DNA of 64,000 bases, taken from contig NC_082721.1 of assembly GCF_030144855.1 (NCBI RefSeq), positions 82,708,001 through 82,772,000 on the forward strand, read 5' to 3'. Of the stretch, positions 38,404 to 50,039 are shown piece after piece. Source of the stretch: Hypanus sabinus (taxonomy: Eukaryota). Made by a program: the position numbers and the translations under genes. The notes beneath the pieces were generated by a model. That model searched no databases, was not told the origin of the DNA, and saw only the letters and a list, made by a program, of their open reading frames with translations. Position 1 is the first letter of the stretch. Each line of letters opens with the position of its first letter.

Positions 38404-38898
38404 CAAGGGGTGATTGATAAGTTCGTGCCCTAAGGTAGAAGGAGTCAATTTTAGAAAACCTAGCACATTTATTTTTCAACATAGTCCCCTCCTACATTTA
38501 CACACTTAGCCCAGCGGTTGTGGAGCATATGGATCTTGGACCTCCAGGAAATGTCCACAGCAGGGCATGATTGATAGGTTCGTGGCCTGAGGTAGAAGGA
38601 AATGAGTTATACAGCTTCTGTTACATGCACGTGCAGTTCAATCCTTTGAGTGATTATGCAGAAAGTTTGAAGTTAATAATTCATCACCTTCCACCTTAGG
38701 ACACAAACTTATCAATCACCCCAGCTGTGGACCACTTCTGGAGGTCCAAGACATCGACTTCTACAAAAGAAGGGATCCGTATGCTCCACAACCGCTGGAC
38801 TAAGTGTGTAAATGTAGGAGGGGACAATGTTGAAAAATAAATGTGCTAGGTTTTCTAAAATTGACTCCTTAGGCCACAAACTTATCAATCACCCCTTG
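38404..38898. mobile_element. Mariner-derived MITE with nested inverted repeats, TA flanks
   Basis: TA-caaggggtgattgataag ... cttatcaatcaccccttg-TA; arms encode EGIRMLHNRWTKCVNVGGDNVEK*, a mariner transposase C-terminus. Confidence 0.8.
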
Positions 38899-38919
38899 TA
38901 TATACAGTAGTTATTTACC

Positions 38920-39640
38920 CATACACATATATACCACCAAACAAACCAACATCCCTCCAGAGCAAGGAGCACAACACAGTAAACTCACACACAACACAAA
39001 GTAATATTACCACAAATCACAAGGTGCATTTACAACACAAGTTAAAATGTAAACAGTATAATGCTACTGGTGCTTCATACCTGATGAGGCCTGGGTGGCG
39101 GCAGGGAGTTCAGTAATCTTACGGCCCGGGGGAAGAAGATGTCTCCCATCCTAACGATCGCTGTTTTAATGCTACGGTACCTCCTGCCTGATGGTAGGGG
39201 GTCAAAGAGACTGTTGGACAGATGGCAGAGATCATTGACAACGCTAAGGGCCCTGCACACACGGCACTCCTGATAAATGTCGAGAGATTCTAATGATCCT
39301 TTCAGCAGTCCTTACATACTTTGTATGGATTTATGATCAGTTGCCTTGCAATTCCTGTACTGGAGAGATATCCAGCTGGTCAGGACACTCTCAATAGTGT
39401 TCCTGTAAAAATTGTTAGCATGGGGTGGAGGGACTGGGTGGGGTGGTGGGAAATGGAAAGCCTTGCTTGCCCCAATCTCCTCAGGAAATGGAGATGCTGC
39501 TGTACATTCCTGTCCAAAGAAGTGGTGTTGAGGGACCAGGTGGGACTGTCCATTATGTGCACTCCCAGAAACTTGGTGCTGCCAACTCTATCCATGAGGG
39601 ATCCATTAATGTGCAGTGACATCAGCTTCCCAACATCAGG
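38920..39640 (-). mobile_element. Rex1/Babar-like 3' fragments
   Basis: ORF 39075-39260 (LFDPLPSGRRYRSIKT) and ORF 39380-39730 (KFLGVHI...WSLNTT). Confidence 0.7.
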
Positions 39641-39679
39641 TAGATTATCGCTCAGAAGGAGCCTCAGATCTCTGTGATT

Positions 39680-40430
39680 TGCAGTCTGCTTCATTGCTTT
39701 GAAAGGAGATAGGCAACTGTACTGAAACAATGTCCACTAAATATGATGCTTCACCTCAAAGTCATTTTGTAGTGTCATCAGTTCTTCCTCCATCTTTCCA
39801 GTTAATTGCTCATTTCAGGTGTTCAGGAATGGATTAATTTCCCAATCTAGAATTTGGATTGACAAAAGATCCTGAAATCTCTGACAATTCTTTTTACAGC
39901 TCACCCAGGTGGGTACTGTATACTTGAAGATCATCATCTCTTACTCTTCCTCTCTCTTCCAACTCAGAGAGGCTCGGAAATTGGAAAGGTCGACTCTTGG
40001 ACAGAAATGTGGAGACGACTGATTTGACTTTGATAAAGATTCATATCATTTCCTTGTCATTGAAGACTGATTTCATAAAACTTTGCAAATACTGTCATTC
40101 TGACAAATAAACAATATGATACCGAATGTTCTTGAGTTGATTACTAAATAAAGCAGTCAAGGCTTCAGAGTTTTTTTATCATGGTTTCAGTAAATGCATA
40201 AAAGCATCACAGGAGGCTCCTTTTGAGAGCCATGAGACTTCTGTGTGTAACAGCCAGCGTTCAATCCGTTCATCATTCTCAATACAAAGCTCTTAAACTA
40301 GTCAAGAATTGATTGAATGAGACGATGTTATTTACTACTGTGATACCTGTGACAGCATTTCATGATTTGTGCAGCTGATCACTTAGGTGTTTTGTGACAA
40401 GAGGTTGTCTGTGAATTATATAATGAATGG
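39680..40430 (-). mobile_element. hAT (Charlie/Buster-type) transposase remnant
   Basis: minus strand near 40215-40285 reads NDERIERWLLHTEVSWLSKG, matching the LLHTEVRWLSKG motif of this group. Confidence 0.7.
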
Positions 40431-40579
40431 TAAAAATGTTAGGAACAGGACTTTTTTTGTAAGAGTAATATCTCCACGGAAGTTCCCTGTCATCGATGTG
40501 CTCTCATCTGCTGCACAGGCAGGAATGTTGGTGAGCGGAATATCCTTCTCTCTGGAAAATTGCTCAACAATACGAAGTA

Positions 40580-41483
40580 CTGGTTGACCACCCCTTATCC
40601 GAAATGCTTGGGGTCACAAGCGTTTCGGAGTTTGGAATTTGAATTTTGGAATATTTAATGAGATAGCTTGGGAACGGCAACATTTCCAAGTCTGAATTTA
40701 TGAGATCAGTCTTTGTCTTAAAAATGTTCATCGCACATGTACTTAACACTAAGAATTATTCCATACTATTAATGTGATGTGTGCAGGGTAACACTGCAGC
40801 ATTGGGAGAATACCTGAATCAGCTGTTGAACAACAACAAACAACGACAGGCTTTCAGTCTCCACCCACGGTGCTGTGGTTTGATGAAAAGTTTACAGTAC
40901 ACTGTATGTGTATTCTGCTTGTTTTAGGTTTTATGTAAAATATATAAAAAATCACCATTGCAAACTTGTTCTGGTTTTAGATTTTCATTAGCGACCACCT
41001 GGGCAAACTTAACAATGTGTTTTTCTGCCGTTTTGTGATCAGCAGATGCTTTATCTTAAAAATTTTAACTCTTTAAAAATATAATGTTGTGCCTTTTTAA
41101 AATCTCTGTAATTTCCTCACTGAATATTCAGAAATCCCTTCAATTTCAGTTTGACATGATATATCTTTGCTTACTTCAAGATCAGCATACCGTCAAACAG
41201 CACGTGTTCACTGACACTGATGAATCCACTTTTTCGAGATGATTGAGAGCTTCATTTTTCACTTTATGCAGTGTTTTCCCATCCTTCATTACACGTGAGG
41301 TCACTTCTCAGAACTGCCCGTGAAGCACAGACACATGTGCATTGCCTGGGAACTTTCACAGCGTCTTGTGGAGTTTTCCATTTGTAATGTCATGTCAGCA
41401 TTCAAAAACAAATAAATAAATAAATAAATGGTTTTCAGAAGTTTTCAGATTTTGTAATTTTGGATAAGAGGGTAATCAAACTT
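40580..41483 (-). mobile_element. Tigger/pogo-derived element
   Basis: TA-ctggttgaccaccccttatccgaa TIR with its inverse at 41460-41485; internal CENP-B HTH remnant (KTLHKVKNE..., KASADHKTAE). Confidence 0.7.
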
Positions 41484-41941
41484 TATTGACTCCCGTTTCG
41501 TGTCTGTTTCTATTAATTACTAATTTCCTGACCCGTTGTGTTCCTCCAGCACTTTGTATCTGTGGAACAGAAAACTGGTATGAATTCTGATCGATGGTCC
41601 TTGGTTCAGTTTGATTTTCGATCAGTTCAGCTGGTGAGTGGGGAAGTTGGGAGCTTGGTGATTTTCAGTGCTGATACCAGCAGTCCAGTGTCTACACAAT
41701 GTTTGTGAGAATCGGTGTAATGGCCCGGATGCAGAGCATTCAAGGAATGAGATGGTAGAGTGTGATTAAGTTGCAGCACTGTATTCAGCAGCTCAATAAT
41801 ATCATTGGAATATCGGTCTGGAATTTATATGCCGTATTAAATTTAAATCTTGTCTCAATTCTTGTAGATGACAGTACATTATCTTCCAGATTTAATTTTC
41901 TTTAAAGAAGGTGCTTGTGGATGTCCAGTGAGAGTTCTGCA

Positions 41942-42045
41942 TTATTGTTGGGCTTGGTTTCTGCTGTTAGTTGGGTTCTTCCAAAAGTAGTAGATCGGAC
42001 CAATAACAAATAAACATGCAAAGATAGTTACCACATATATCCAAG
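41942..42045 (-). CDS. Candidate alternative terminal transmembrane exon in intron 2
   Basis: ctccag|CT TGG is phase 1; encodes WIYVVTIFACLFVIGPIYYFWKNPTNSRNQAQQ*; no expression evidence. Confidence 0.4.
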
Positions 42046-42274
42046 CTGGAGATCCAGATTGATCGATAAAACCAATCACAAAATCAACAGTACAGGTCAT
42101 TGACGGTCCCAGGTAAACACTTTATAACAGAAGTACTCTTCTGATCACTCTTACCTCTGAGAATGCTTCCTCAGTAGACAGAAGTGTCAGGCGAGCTTAT
42201 AATGATCAAGTATGTAATCAATCTATCTATTTATATATTTATTTAACTATTTGCTTACTCACTTCCTTATTCAG

Positions 42275-42530
42275 ATCCAGCACGGAATAGGCCTTTCTGG
42301 CCCTTTGAGCCAGGCTGCCCAGCAGTCCCCTGATTTAATCAGAGGACAATTTACCTACCAATCAGTGCGTCTTTGTGATGTTGGCGGAAACAAGAGCACC
42401 CAGGGGAAACTCACATGGTCACAGGGAGAATGTACAAACTGCTTACAGGCAGTGATGGGAATTGAACCTGGGTCACCTGTACATGTAAAGTGTTGTGCTA
42501 ACCACTACACTAGTGTGCCACCCACAAACA
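42275..42530 (-). mobile_element. HE1-like SINE
   Basis: reverse complement of the head (gtgctaaccactacac) and 3' block. Confidence 0.7.
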
Positions 42531-42946
42531 TCCTGGGGAAATGGACTACCCAATGAGCTCCCAGATAGTCAGATATAAACGAGGTTAATCATCTGCTACA
42601 TTCCATACTTCAGGTGAAGCAAGTCCAGTTCCTTCACTGGCCCAACACTCTGGACTGTGAAATATCAACACACATTCCCTGATTTGAGACTCTCTGAACT
42701 TCCTTACTCCATTTCTGTAGAATTATCTTTGTACAATGTCAATATCAAACCCTCTTTCAGTCTGTGAACTCATTGTGGGGGAGTGAAGTGTAAATCCATT
42801 TCCCAGCAGGCTGTTCTCTACCTCACCTGATACATGACAGCATCTTTCTATGTAACGTTTTCAAATGACACATAATTTCATTTTACTTCCTTTCATCCTG
42901 TTGTACTCTGCTATGGGATGTGATCAGAACAAGAGATGTCACTTAC

Positions 42947-43222
42947 TGTACACTGGGAGCACCCGTTTGTTTTCCTTCATTGTGGGTTTTGCAGATGGAC
43001 AGATTACAGTACAGGGCACTGACAGATCCCATTTCTGGACACTCAGAAATCGGTCTGTAATCCACTTATCACCGTGAGTTCTGTTGGCAATTAACCCTGC
43101 TTTATATTCCACAATTATCGACGCATTCTTACACGTTGTACTGCAGGTCACCTCCAGGGACTCCCCGAATTCCACCGCTTGACGGCTTGTATTGACCAAA
43201 ACCTCAAATCCATTCAGTTTAT
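42947..43222 (-). CDS. Exon 2, ICAM N-terminal Ig domain D1
   Basis: ctggcag|at acceptor, a|gtaagt donor; CSTTC and CTVIC double-disulfide motifs; ends PVY. Confidence 0.93.
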
Positions 43223-43504
43223 CTGCCAGAGACACACAGGGAAATGGAAAACATTTAGTGTAGTCCTGGGTGCAGTTTTGATCTCTGTATCTGCATCTCA
43301 GTTCAAACATGTAATGTATTGCTCTCTAGTTATTATATATATATATATATAATATACAGCATATTATCTAATATAACTACCATGTAGACATCCACAACAG
43401 AGGAAATTTTAAATTATGAAGGATTTCTTACTGTTGTGAAATAATAATTTTCCTGACAAGGGGGAGGGGTTCATTCTCCCTGGCATGTGAACCTTGTGGC
43501 GGTG

Positions 43505-43975
43505 AAACTCTTTCACACACAACTGCTGAAAGAATTCAGCAGGCTGGGTAGCATTTATGCAAAAGAGTGACAAGTTGATATTTTAGGCTGAGACCCTTCA
43601 TCTGGACTGGAAAAAGATGAGAAATCAGTGTAAAAAGTTGGAGGGAGGGGAGGAAGAAGTATAAAGTGGTAGGTGATAGGTGAAACCGGAAGGTGGGGAG
43701 GGGTGAAGTAAGGAACTGAGTAGTGAAAGAAATAAAGGGCTGAGGAAGGGGGAATTTGATCGAGAGGAATGAAGGCCATGGAAGAAGGGGAAGGGGAGGA
43801 GCACTAGAGGGAGCTGGTGGGCAGGTACGGAGATGAGGCAAAAGAGAGAAACAGGCAAGGAGAACGGTGAAGGAGTGGGTTGCAATTTCTTGAGGAATCA
43901 ATGTTCATGCCATCAGGTTGCAGGCTACCCAGGTGGAATATAAGGTGTTGTCTTCTCTGTGGTGGTTGTAAGACT
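43505..43975 (-). mobile_element. Neptune-type Penelope-like 3' end
   Basis: QHLIFHLGSLQPDGMNID in ORF 43804-44244, then the pyrimidine tract and decayed hammerhead near 43575-43615. Confidence 0.75.
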
Positions 43976-44089
43976 TGACTCTGGGACTGTAAGAAGTTGT
44001 TCTGACAGCTCTGGACACCTCTCTTCTGTAACAATGGACTGGGTCTCCTCAACCGATCGATGTGTCCTTGCCAGATGGCATCAGATGTT

Positions 44090-44480
44090 ATCTCCATTGT
44101 CTGGCAGTTTGTCCCCACTGCTTGTCCTGCATACTCCATCTGAGACTGGGATTGAGGAAATCCAAGCGTGAGCACAAGGAACACCCCAGGAAAGCTGAGC
44201 TGGTAAGTTGTTGGTTTTGAACTGTGCTGCATTGCGATATGCAAGGAGACAATTGTCGAGGTTCTGATTCAGTGTCCTGTGTTCTGATGACATTGCTCAC
44301 AGAGCGTTCTTTAGATTCTGGACAAAACTTTACACCAAACCATTTGTAGCTGGGTGGTACGGTCCAGATGTGATGCATCTCATTCCATTCATTTTCAGGA
44401 ACGACTGAAGAACTGATCCCCAACAAACTGTGCTCCATTATCACTGACTAAGTATTCTGGAACATCAGTCTTGAGAAGAG
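44090..44480 (-). mobile_element. Gypsy integrase core fragment, different family from the Gmr1-like elements
   Basis: FLKMNG..TSGPYHPATNGL...LLAYRNA motifs, frameshifted. Confidence 0.65.
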
Positions 44481-44489
44481 GCTTCTCAG

Positions 44490-45330
44490 CACAACAACAT
44501 TATGCAAAGCTGCAGTGGAGGCCATTGGAAACACATCTGGCCACTTTGTAGCTGCATCGACCACTGCCTAGAGATTTGTGCCCATGAAAGGTCTAGCAGA
44601 ATCCAAATGAATCTTCTGCAAGGGCAACTTAAACCTTCTGTCCCCATAAAACTATGACACTTCCAACCTGTGAGGAACATGACCTCTACCCTATCCGTGC
44701 CCTCTATCATGCCGCCTCTCAGCATCTGATGCTCTTGCCTCTCCTTGTAGATAATACACCACAATCCAGACAACATTCTGATGAATCTCTTATGCACCTA
44801 TTCAAATCCTCCACATCCTTTCTCAATGAGGTGACCAGAGCTACACAAATATTCCAAATATAGCCGATCCAATGTCTTGTATAGCTGGAACGTACCTGTC
44901 AACGTTCATGCCCAGTGTTCCCACCAGTGAAGGCGAGCACGCTTCACACTGTCTTTACTGCCCTTTCCACTTTCACGGAGCAATGGTCATCCACCCCAAG
45001 ATCCCTCTGTACATCAATACTCTCAAGTGTCTTGCCATTTATTGTATACTTTTCTCTAGTATTTGACGTCCAAAAATGCATCACCTCACACTTATCTGCC
45101 TAAATTTCCAACTGATCTCCTGCAACTCCTGCCATTGTCCCTTTGACAATGTGCCTTACTTTCCAGTACTCCGTCAATTTCTCTGCAAACTTACTGATCA
45201 GACCATCCACATGCTCATGCAAGTTATTAATTTAAATTACAAACAAGAGATCCCTGGACTGACAGAACACCGATGGGTGCAGTCCTCCAGTCAGAAAAGC
45301 CCCACAACTATCCATCTTCTATGATGAAGC
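44490..45330 (-). mobile_element. CR1 3' fragments
   Basis: HKRFIRMLSGL in ORF 44486-44797; tgacgtccaaaatgcatcacctcacacttatct. Confidence 0.6.
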
Positions 45331-45369
45331 CAATTATTTGCTCTTAAACGTCACAGTGAGAGTAGGACT

Positions 45370-48300
45370 GAAAGAGGTGGAGGATAAATGCGTGGCTGAG
45401 GGATTGGAATAGGGGGCAGGGATTCAAGTTTCTGGATCATTGGGACCTCTTTTGGGGCAAGTGTGACCTTTACAGAAAGGACGGGTTTCTTGAATCCTAG
45501 GGGGACCAATATCCTGGCAGGTAGGTTTAATAGAGCTGTAAGGGAGGGTTTAAACTAATTTGGCAGGGGGATGGGAACAGGAATGATGGAGCGGAGGAGA
45601 GGAAAAACAGAAATAGAACTAAGGTAGTGAGCGGTAAGGATGTCAGGAAGGACAGATAATGGAGCAATTTTGCAGCCATTGGGATGAGCTGCAGTGCAAT
45701 AAAGTTGCAGTGCAATCAATGCCAAATGTACCAATACTGGACTTAAGGTGTTATACTTAAATGCACACAGCATAAGGAATACGGTGGATGATCTTGTTGT
45801 ACAGTTACAGATTGGCAGGTATGATATTGTGGCCATCACTGAGACGTGGCTAAAGGATGCATGTCTCTGGGAGCTGAATGTCCAATGATACACGGTGTAT
45901 CAGAAGGATAGGCAGGTAGATAGAGGGGGTGGAGGGGCTTTAATGCTAAGAAATTATATTAAATCATTAGAAAGTGTTGACATATGAGCAGAAGGTATAG
46001 AATCTTTATGGGTGGAGCTAAGAAATCGCAGGGGTAAAAGGACCCTGATGGCAGTTATCTACAGGCCTCCAAATAACTGCAGTTGTGTGGACTACAAATT
46101 ACAACAGGAGATAGAAAAGGCTTGCTAGAAGGGCAGTGTTATGATAATTGTCAGGGATTTTAACATGCGAGTGGATTGGGAAAATTAGGTCGGCACTGGA
46201 TCTCAAGAGAGAGAATTTGTAGAATGTCCACGAGATGGCTTTTTAGAACAGCTTGTTGAGCCCACTAGGGGATCGGCTGTACTGGATTGGGTATTGTGTA
46301 ATGAACCAGAGGTGATTAGGGAGATGGAGGTGAAGGAACCCTTAGGAGACAGTGATCACAACATGATTGAGTTCACTGTGAAATTTGAGAAAGAGCTGAA
46401 ATCCGATGTGTCGGTATTTCAGTGGAGTAAAGGAAATTACAGTGGCATGAGAGAGGAACTGGCCAAGGTTGACTGGAAAGGGACACTAGCAGGAAGGATG
46501 GCAGAGCAGCAATGGCTGGAGTTTATGCGAGAAGTGAGGAAGGTGCAAGACAGATATATTCCAAAGGAGATGAAATTTTCGAATGGAAAAAGGATGCAAC
46601 CATGGCTGACAAGAGAAGTCAAAGCCAAAGTAAAAGCAAAGCAGAGGGCATACAAGGAAGCAATACTTAGTGGGAAGACAGAGGATTGGGAAGATTTTAA
46701 AAGCTTACAAACGGAAACTAAGAAGGTCATTAAGAGTGAAAAGTTGAAATATGATAGGAAGCTAGCAAATAATATCAAAGTCGATAATAAAAGCTTTTTC
46801 AAGTATATAAAGAGTAAAAGACAGGTGAGAGTAGATATAGGACCGATAGAAGATGAAGCTGGAGAAATTGTAATGGGAGATAAGGAGATGGCGGAGGAAC
46901 TGAACGAGTATTTTACATCAGTCTTCACAGAGGAAGACTTCAGCACTATACTGGACATTCAAGGGTGTCAGGGAATCGAAATATGCACAGTCACAATTAC
47001 GACAGAGAAAGTACTCAGGAAACTGAATAGTCTAAGGGTAGATAAATCTCCAGGACCAAATGGAATGCACCCTCATTTTCTGGAGGAAGTAGCAGTGGAG
47101 ATTGCAGAGGCACTAGCAATGATCTTTCAAAAGTTGATAGATTCTGGCCTGGTTCCGGAGGACTGGAAGTTTGCAAATGTCACTCCGCTATTTAAGAAGT
47201 GGGCAATGAAGCAAAAGGGAAATTACAGACCTGTTAGCTTGACATCGGTGGTTGGGAAGTTGTTGGAGTTGATTGTCAAGGATGAGGTTACAGAGTACCT
47301 GGAGGCATATGACAAGATAGGCAGAACTCAGCATGTTTTCCTTAAAGGAAAATCCTGCCTGACAAACCTAGTGCAATTTTTTGAGGAAATTACAAGTAGG
47401 CCAGACAAGGGAGATGCAGTGGATGTTGTGTATTTGAATTTTCAGAAGGCCTTTGACAAGGTGCCACACATGAGGCTGCTAAACAAGATAAGAGCCCATG
47501 CAATTACAGGAAAGTTACATATGTGGATAGAGTGTTGGTTGATTGGCAGAAAACAGAGAGTGGGAATAAAGGGATCCCATTCTGGTTGGCTGCCAGTTAA
47601 CAGTGGTGTTCCACAGGGGTCTGTGTTGGGGCCGCTTCTTTTTACGTTGTATATCAATGATTTGGATTATGGAATAGATGGCATTGTGGCTAAGTTTGCT
47701 GATAATACAAAGATAGGTGGAGGGGCCGGTAGTGTTGAGGAAACAGAGTCTGCAGAGAGACTTGGATAGATTGGGGGAATGGGCAAAGAAGTGGCAAATG
47801 AATTACAATGTCAGAAAGTGTACGGTCATGCACTTTGGTAGAAGAAATAAATGGGCAGACTATTATTTAAATGGGGAGAGAATTCAAAGTTCTGAGATGC
47901 ATCGGGACTTGGGAGTCCTCCTGCAGGATACCCTTAAGGTTAACCTCCAGGTTGAGTCAGTGGTGAAGAAGGTGAATGCAATGTTGGCATTCATTTCTAG
48001 AGGAATAGAGTATAGGAGCAGGGATGTGATGTTGAGGCTCTATAAGGCACTGGTAAGACCTCACTTGGAATACTGTGTGCAGTTTTGGGCTCCTTATTTA
48101 AGAAAGGATGTGCTGACGTTGGAGAAGGTTCAGAGAAGATTCACTAGAATGATTCCGGGAATGAGAGAGTTAACATATGAGGAACATTTCTCCGCTCTTG
48201 GACTGTACTCCTTGGAGTTTAGAAGAATGAGGGTGGACCTTATAGAAACATTTCGAATGTTGAAAGGCATGGACAGGGTGGATGTGGCAAAGTTGTTTCC

Positions 48301-48625
48301 CATGGTGAGGGAGCCTAGTACGAGAGGACATGATTTGAGGATTGCAGGGCGCCCATTCAGAACAGAGATGCGAAAAAAATTTTTTAGCCAGAAGGTGGTG
48401 AATCTATGGAATTTGTTGCCACGGGCGGCAGTGGAGGCCGGGTCATTGGGTGTATTTAAGACAGAGATTGATAGGTATCTGAGTAGCCAGGGCATCAAAG
48501 GTTATGATGAGAAGTCGGGGGAATGGGACTAAATGGGAGATTGGATCAGCTCATGATGAAATGGCAGAGTAGACTCGATGGGCCGAATGGCCGACTTCTG
48601 CTCCTTTGTCTTATGGTCTTAACTA
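45370..48625 (+). mobile_element. Long CR1 LINE: end of ORF1 plus nearly complete ORF2 (APE endonuclease and RT)
   Basis: YLNAHSIRN...AITETW endonuclease start near 45750; ORFs 46294-47769 (491 aa) and 47717-48532 (271 aa) separated by one frameshift; gtcttatggtctta tail. Confidence 0.92.
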
Positions 48626-48809
48626 TTTGAAATGACCTCTTGTGTCTGAAGGTGAAGGCTACCTCTCAAAATGGACCATAGATCTAAATGTTGGACAGGG
48701 AAATTGATTTTCTGAAGAGCCACAACGAGAAACTGAGTATTTTTCACATCAAAAGGGGAAGGAAGTTGTTTGTTTTTTCTATATTGTGACAGAGATGTTT
48801 CAGGTAACT

Positions 48810-48940
48810 ACCATCTGATGAACAGTCTTGGCCCAAAATATCGACTGTTTATTCTTTTCCATAGATGCTGCCTGGTCTGTTGAGTTCCTCCAGCATTTTG
48901 AGTGTATTACTCTGATTTCCAGCAGTGGCAGGTTTTCTTT
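48810..48940 (+). repeat. Penelope-like terminal unit with decayed hammerhead
   Basis: CTGATGA acagtcttggccc AAAA tatc gactg. Confidence 0.6.
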
Positions 48941-49074
48941 TGTTTGTGATTCAACTATAGACCATGCCCAATATACCCTGAGCCGTTTTCTTGAACTGCC
49001 TCAGCACTTCAGGTGAAGGTAGGGGAGGAGTTCCAGGATTTATACCCAGTGATCATGAAGGAATGGCAGAAAAC

Positions 49075-49639
49075 ACTCAGTGGCCAATTTTATTAGATAA
49101 ACGTGTACAGCTACTTATTGATGCAAACATCCAATCAGCCAATCATGTGGCAGCAACTCAAAGCATAAAATCATGTGGACATGGTCAAGAGGTTCAGTTG
49201 TTCTTCAGACCAAACATCAGAATGGATAAGAAATGTGATCTAAATGGCTTTGAACATGGAATGATTATTGGTGCTGGTTGGGGTGACTTGAGTATTCCAG
49301 GAATTGGCAATCTCCTGGAACTTTCACACATAACAATCTATAGAGTTTACAGAGAATGGTGTCAAAAACAACAAAAAATCATATGTGACAGTTCTGTGTG
49401 AAAAATGCCTTTTTAGTGAGAGAGGTCATAGGAGAATGTCGACACTGGTTCAAGCTGACAGGAAGGCAACAATAACTCAAATAACTGTGTTACAACAGTG
49501 GTGTGCAGCAGAGCATCCCTGAATGCACAACTTGTCAAACCTTAAAGTAGGTGGACTACAGCAGCTGAAGACCACAGACATACACTCAGTGACCACTTTA
49601 TTGGGTACAGGAGTTACCTAATGAAGTGGCCAGGGTGTA
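49075..49639 (+). mobile_element. Non-autonomous Tc1-like element with transposase N-terminus
   Basis: cactcagtggcc TIR; MDKKCDLNGFEHGMIIGA in ORF 48991-49401; TIR-TIR hairpin at 49581-49639. Confidence 0.75.
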
Positions 49640-50039
49640 TCTCCCGGTCAGAATGACTTGAACCCAGGTGGGGAATGTACCAGCGTTGTTAAACCCACGC
49701 ACCAGCTCCCATGTCCTTTTTTGTGATTGGTGTGACACCTTTGGGTGGCGTTGTTAATTAAGAATTTGGGGGAGAAAAAGCTGCCGGCAGCCTCTTCCAT
49801 CTGAAATGAAACAGAAAATGCTGGAAACATCCAGTAGACCAGGAAGCACCCGGGAAGGAAAAATAAAGTTAACATTTCTGGTTGAAGACCTTTCTTCATA
49901 ACTGCCTTTATTTCATATTTCCAGGAGTTGAATTCTTTAAAAAAATTTTCTTCCAGCTGCCCCAAAGCCCTTGGGGGACTCAGGGAAGGGAATTTGTGAG
50001 GGATTTGGTGTCGTGCCAGAGCAGAATGGTCACATAGAG

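Noticed and set aside
42100-42180. Decayed Ig half-domain (EEYFC...YLGPS) upstream of the candidate TM exon
   Set aside because: Needs two frameshifts and has stops upstream; too easy to obtain by chance
6515-46958. Long ORFs such as 6515-6934, 10908-11330 and 46437-46958 as novel genes
   Set aside because: They are antisense shadows of Gypsy or CR1 coding sequence
19224-48847. Selection against sense-strand hammerheads inside the gene
   Set aside because: Copies on both strands within the gene are decayed, so there is no strand asymmetry to explain
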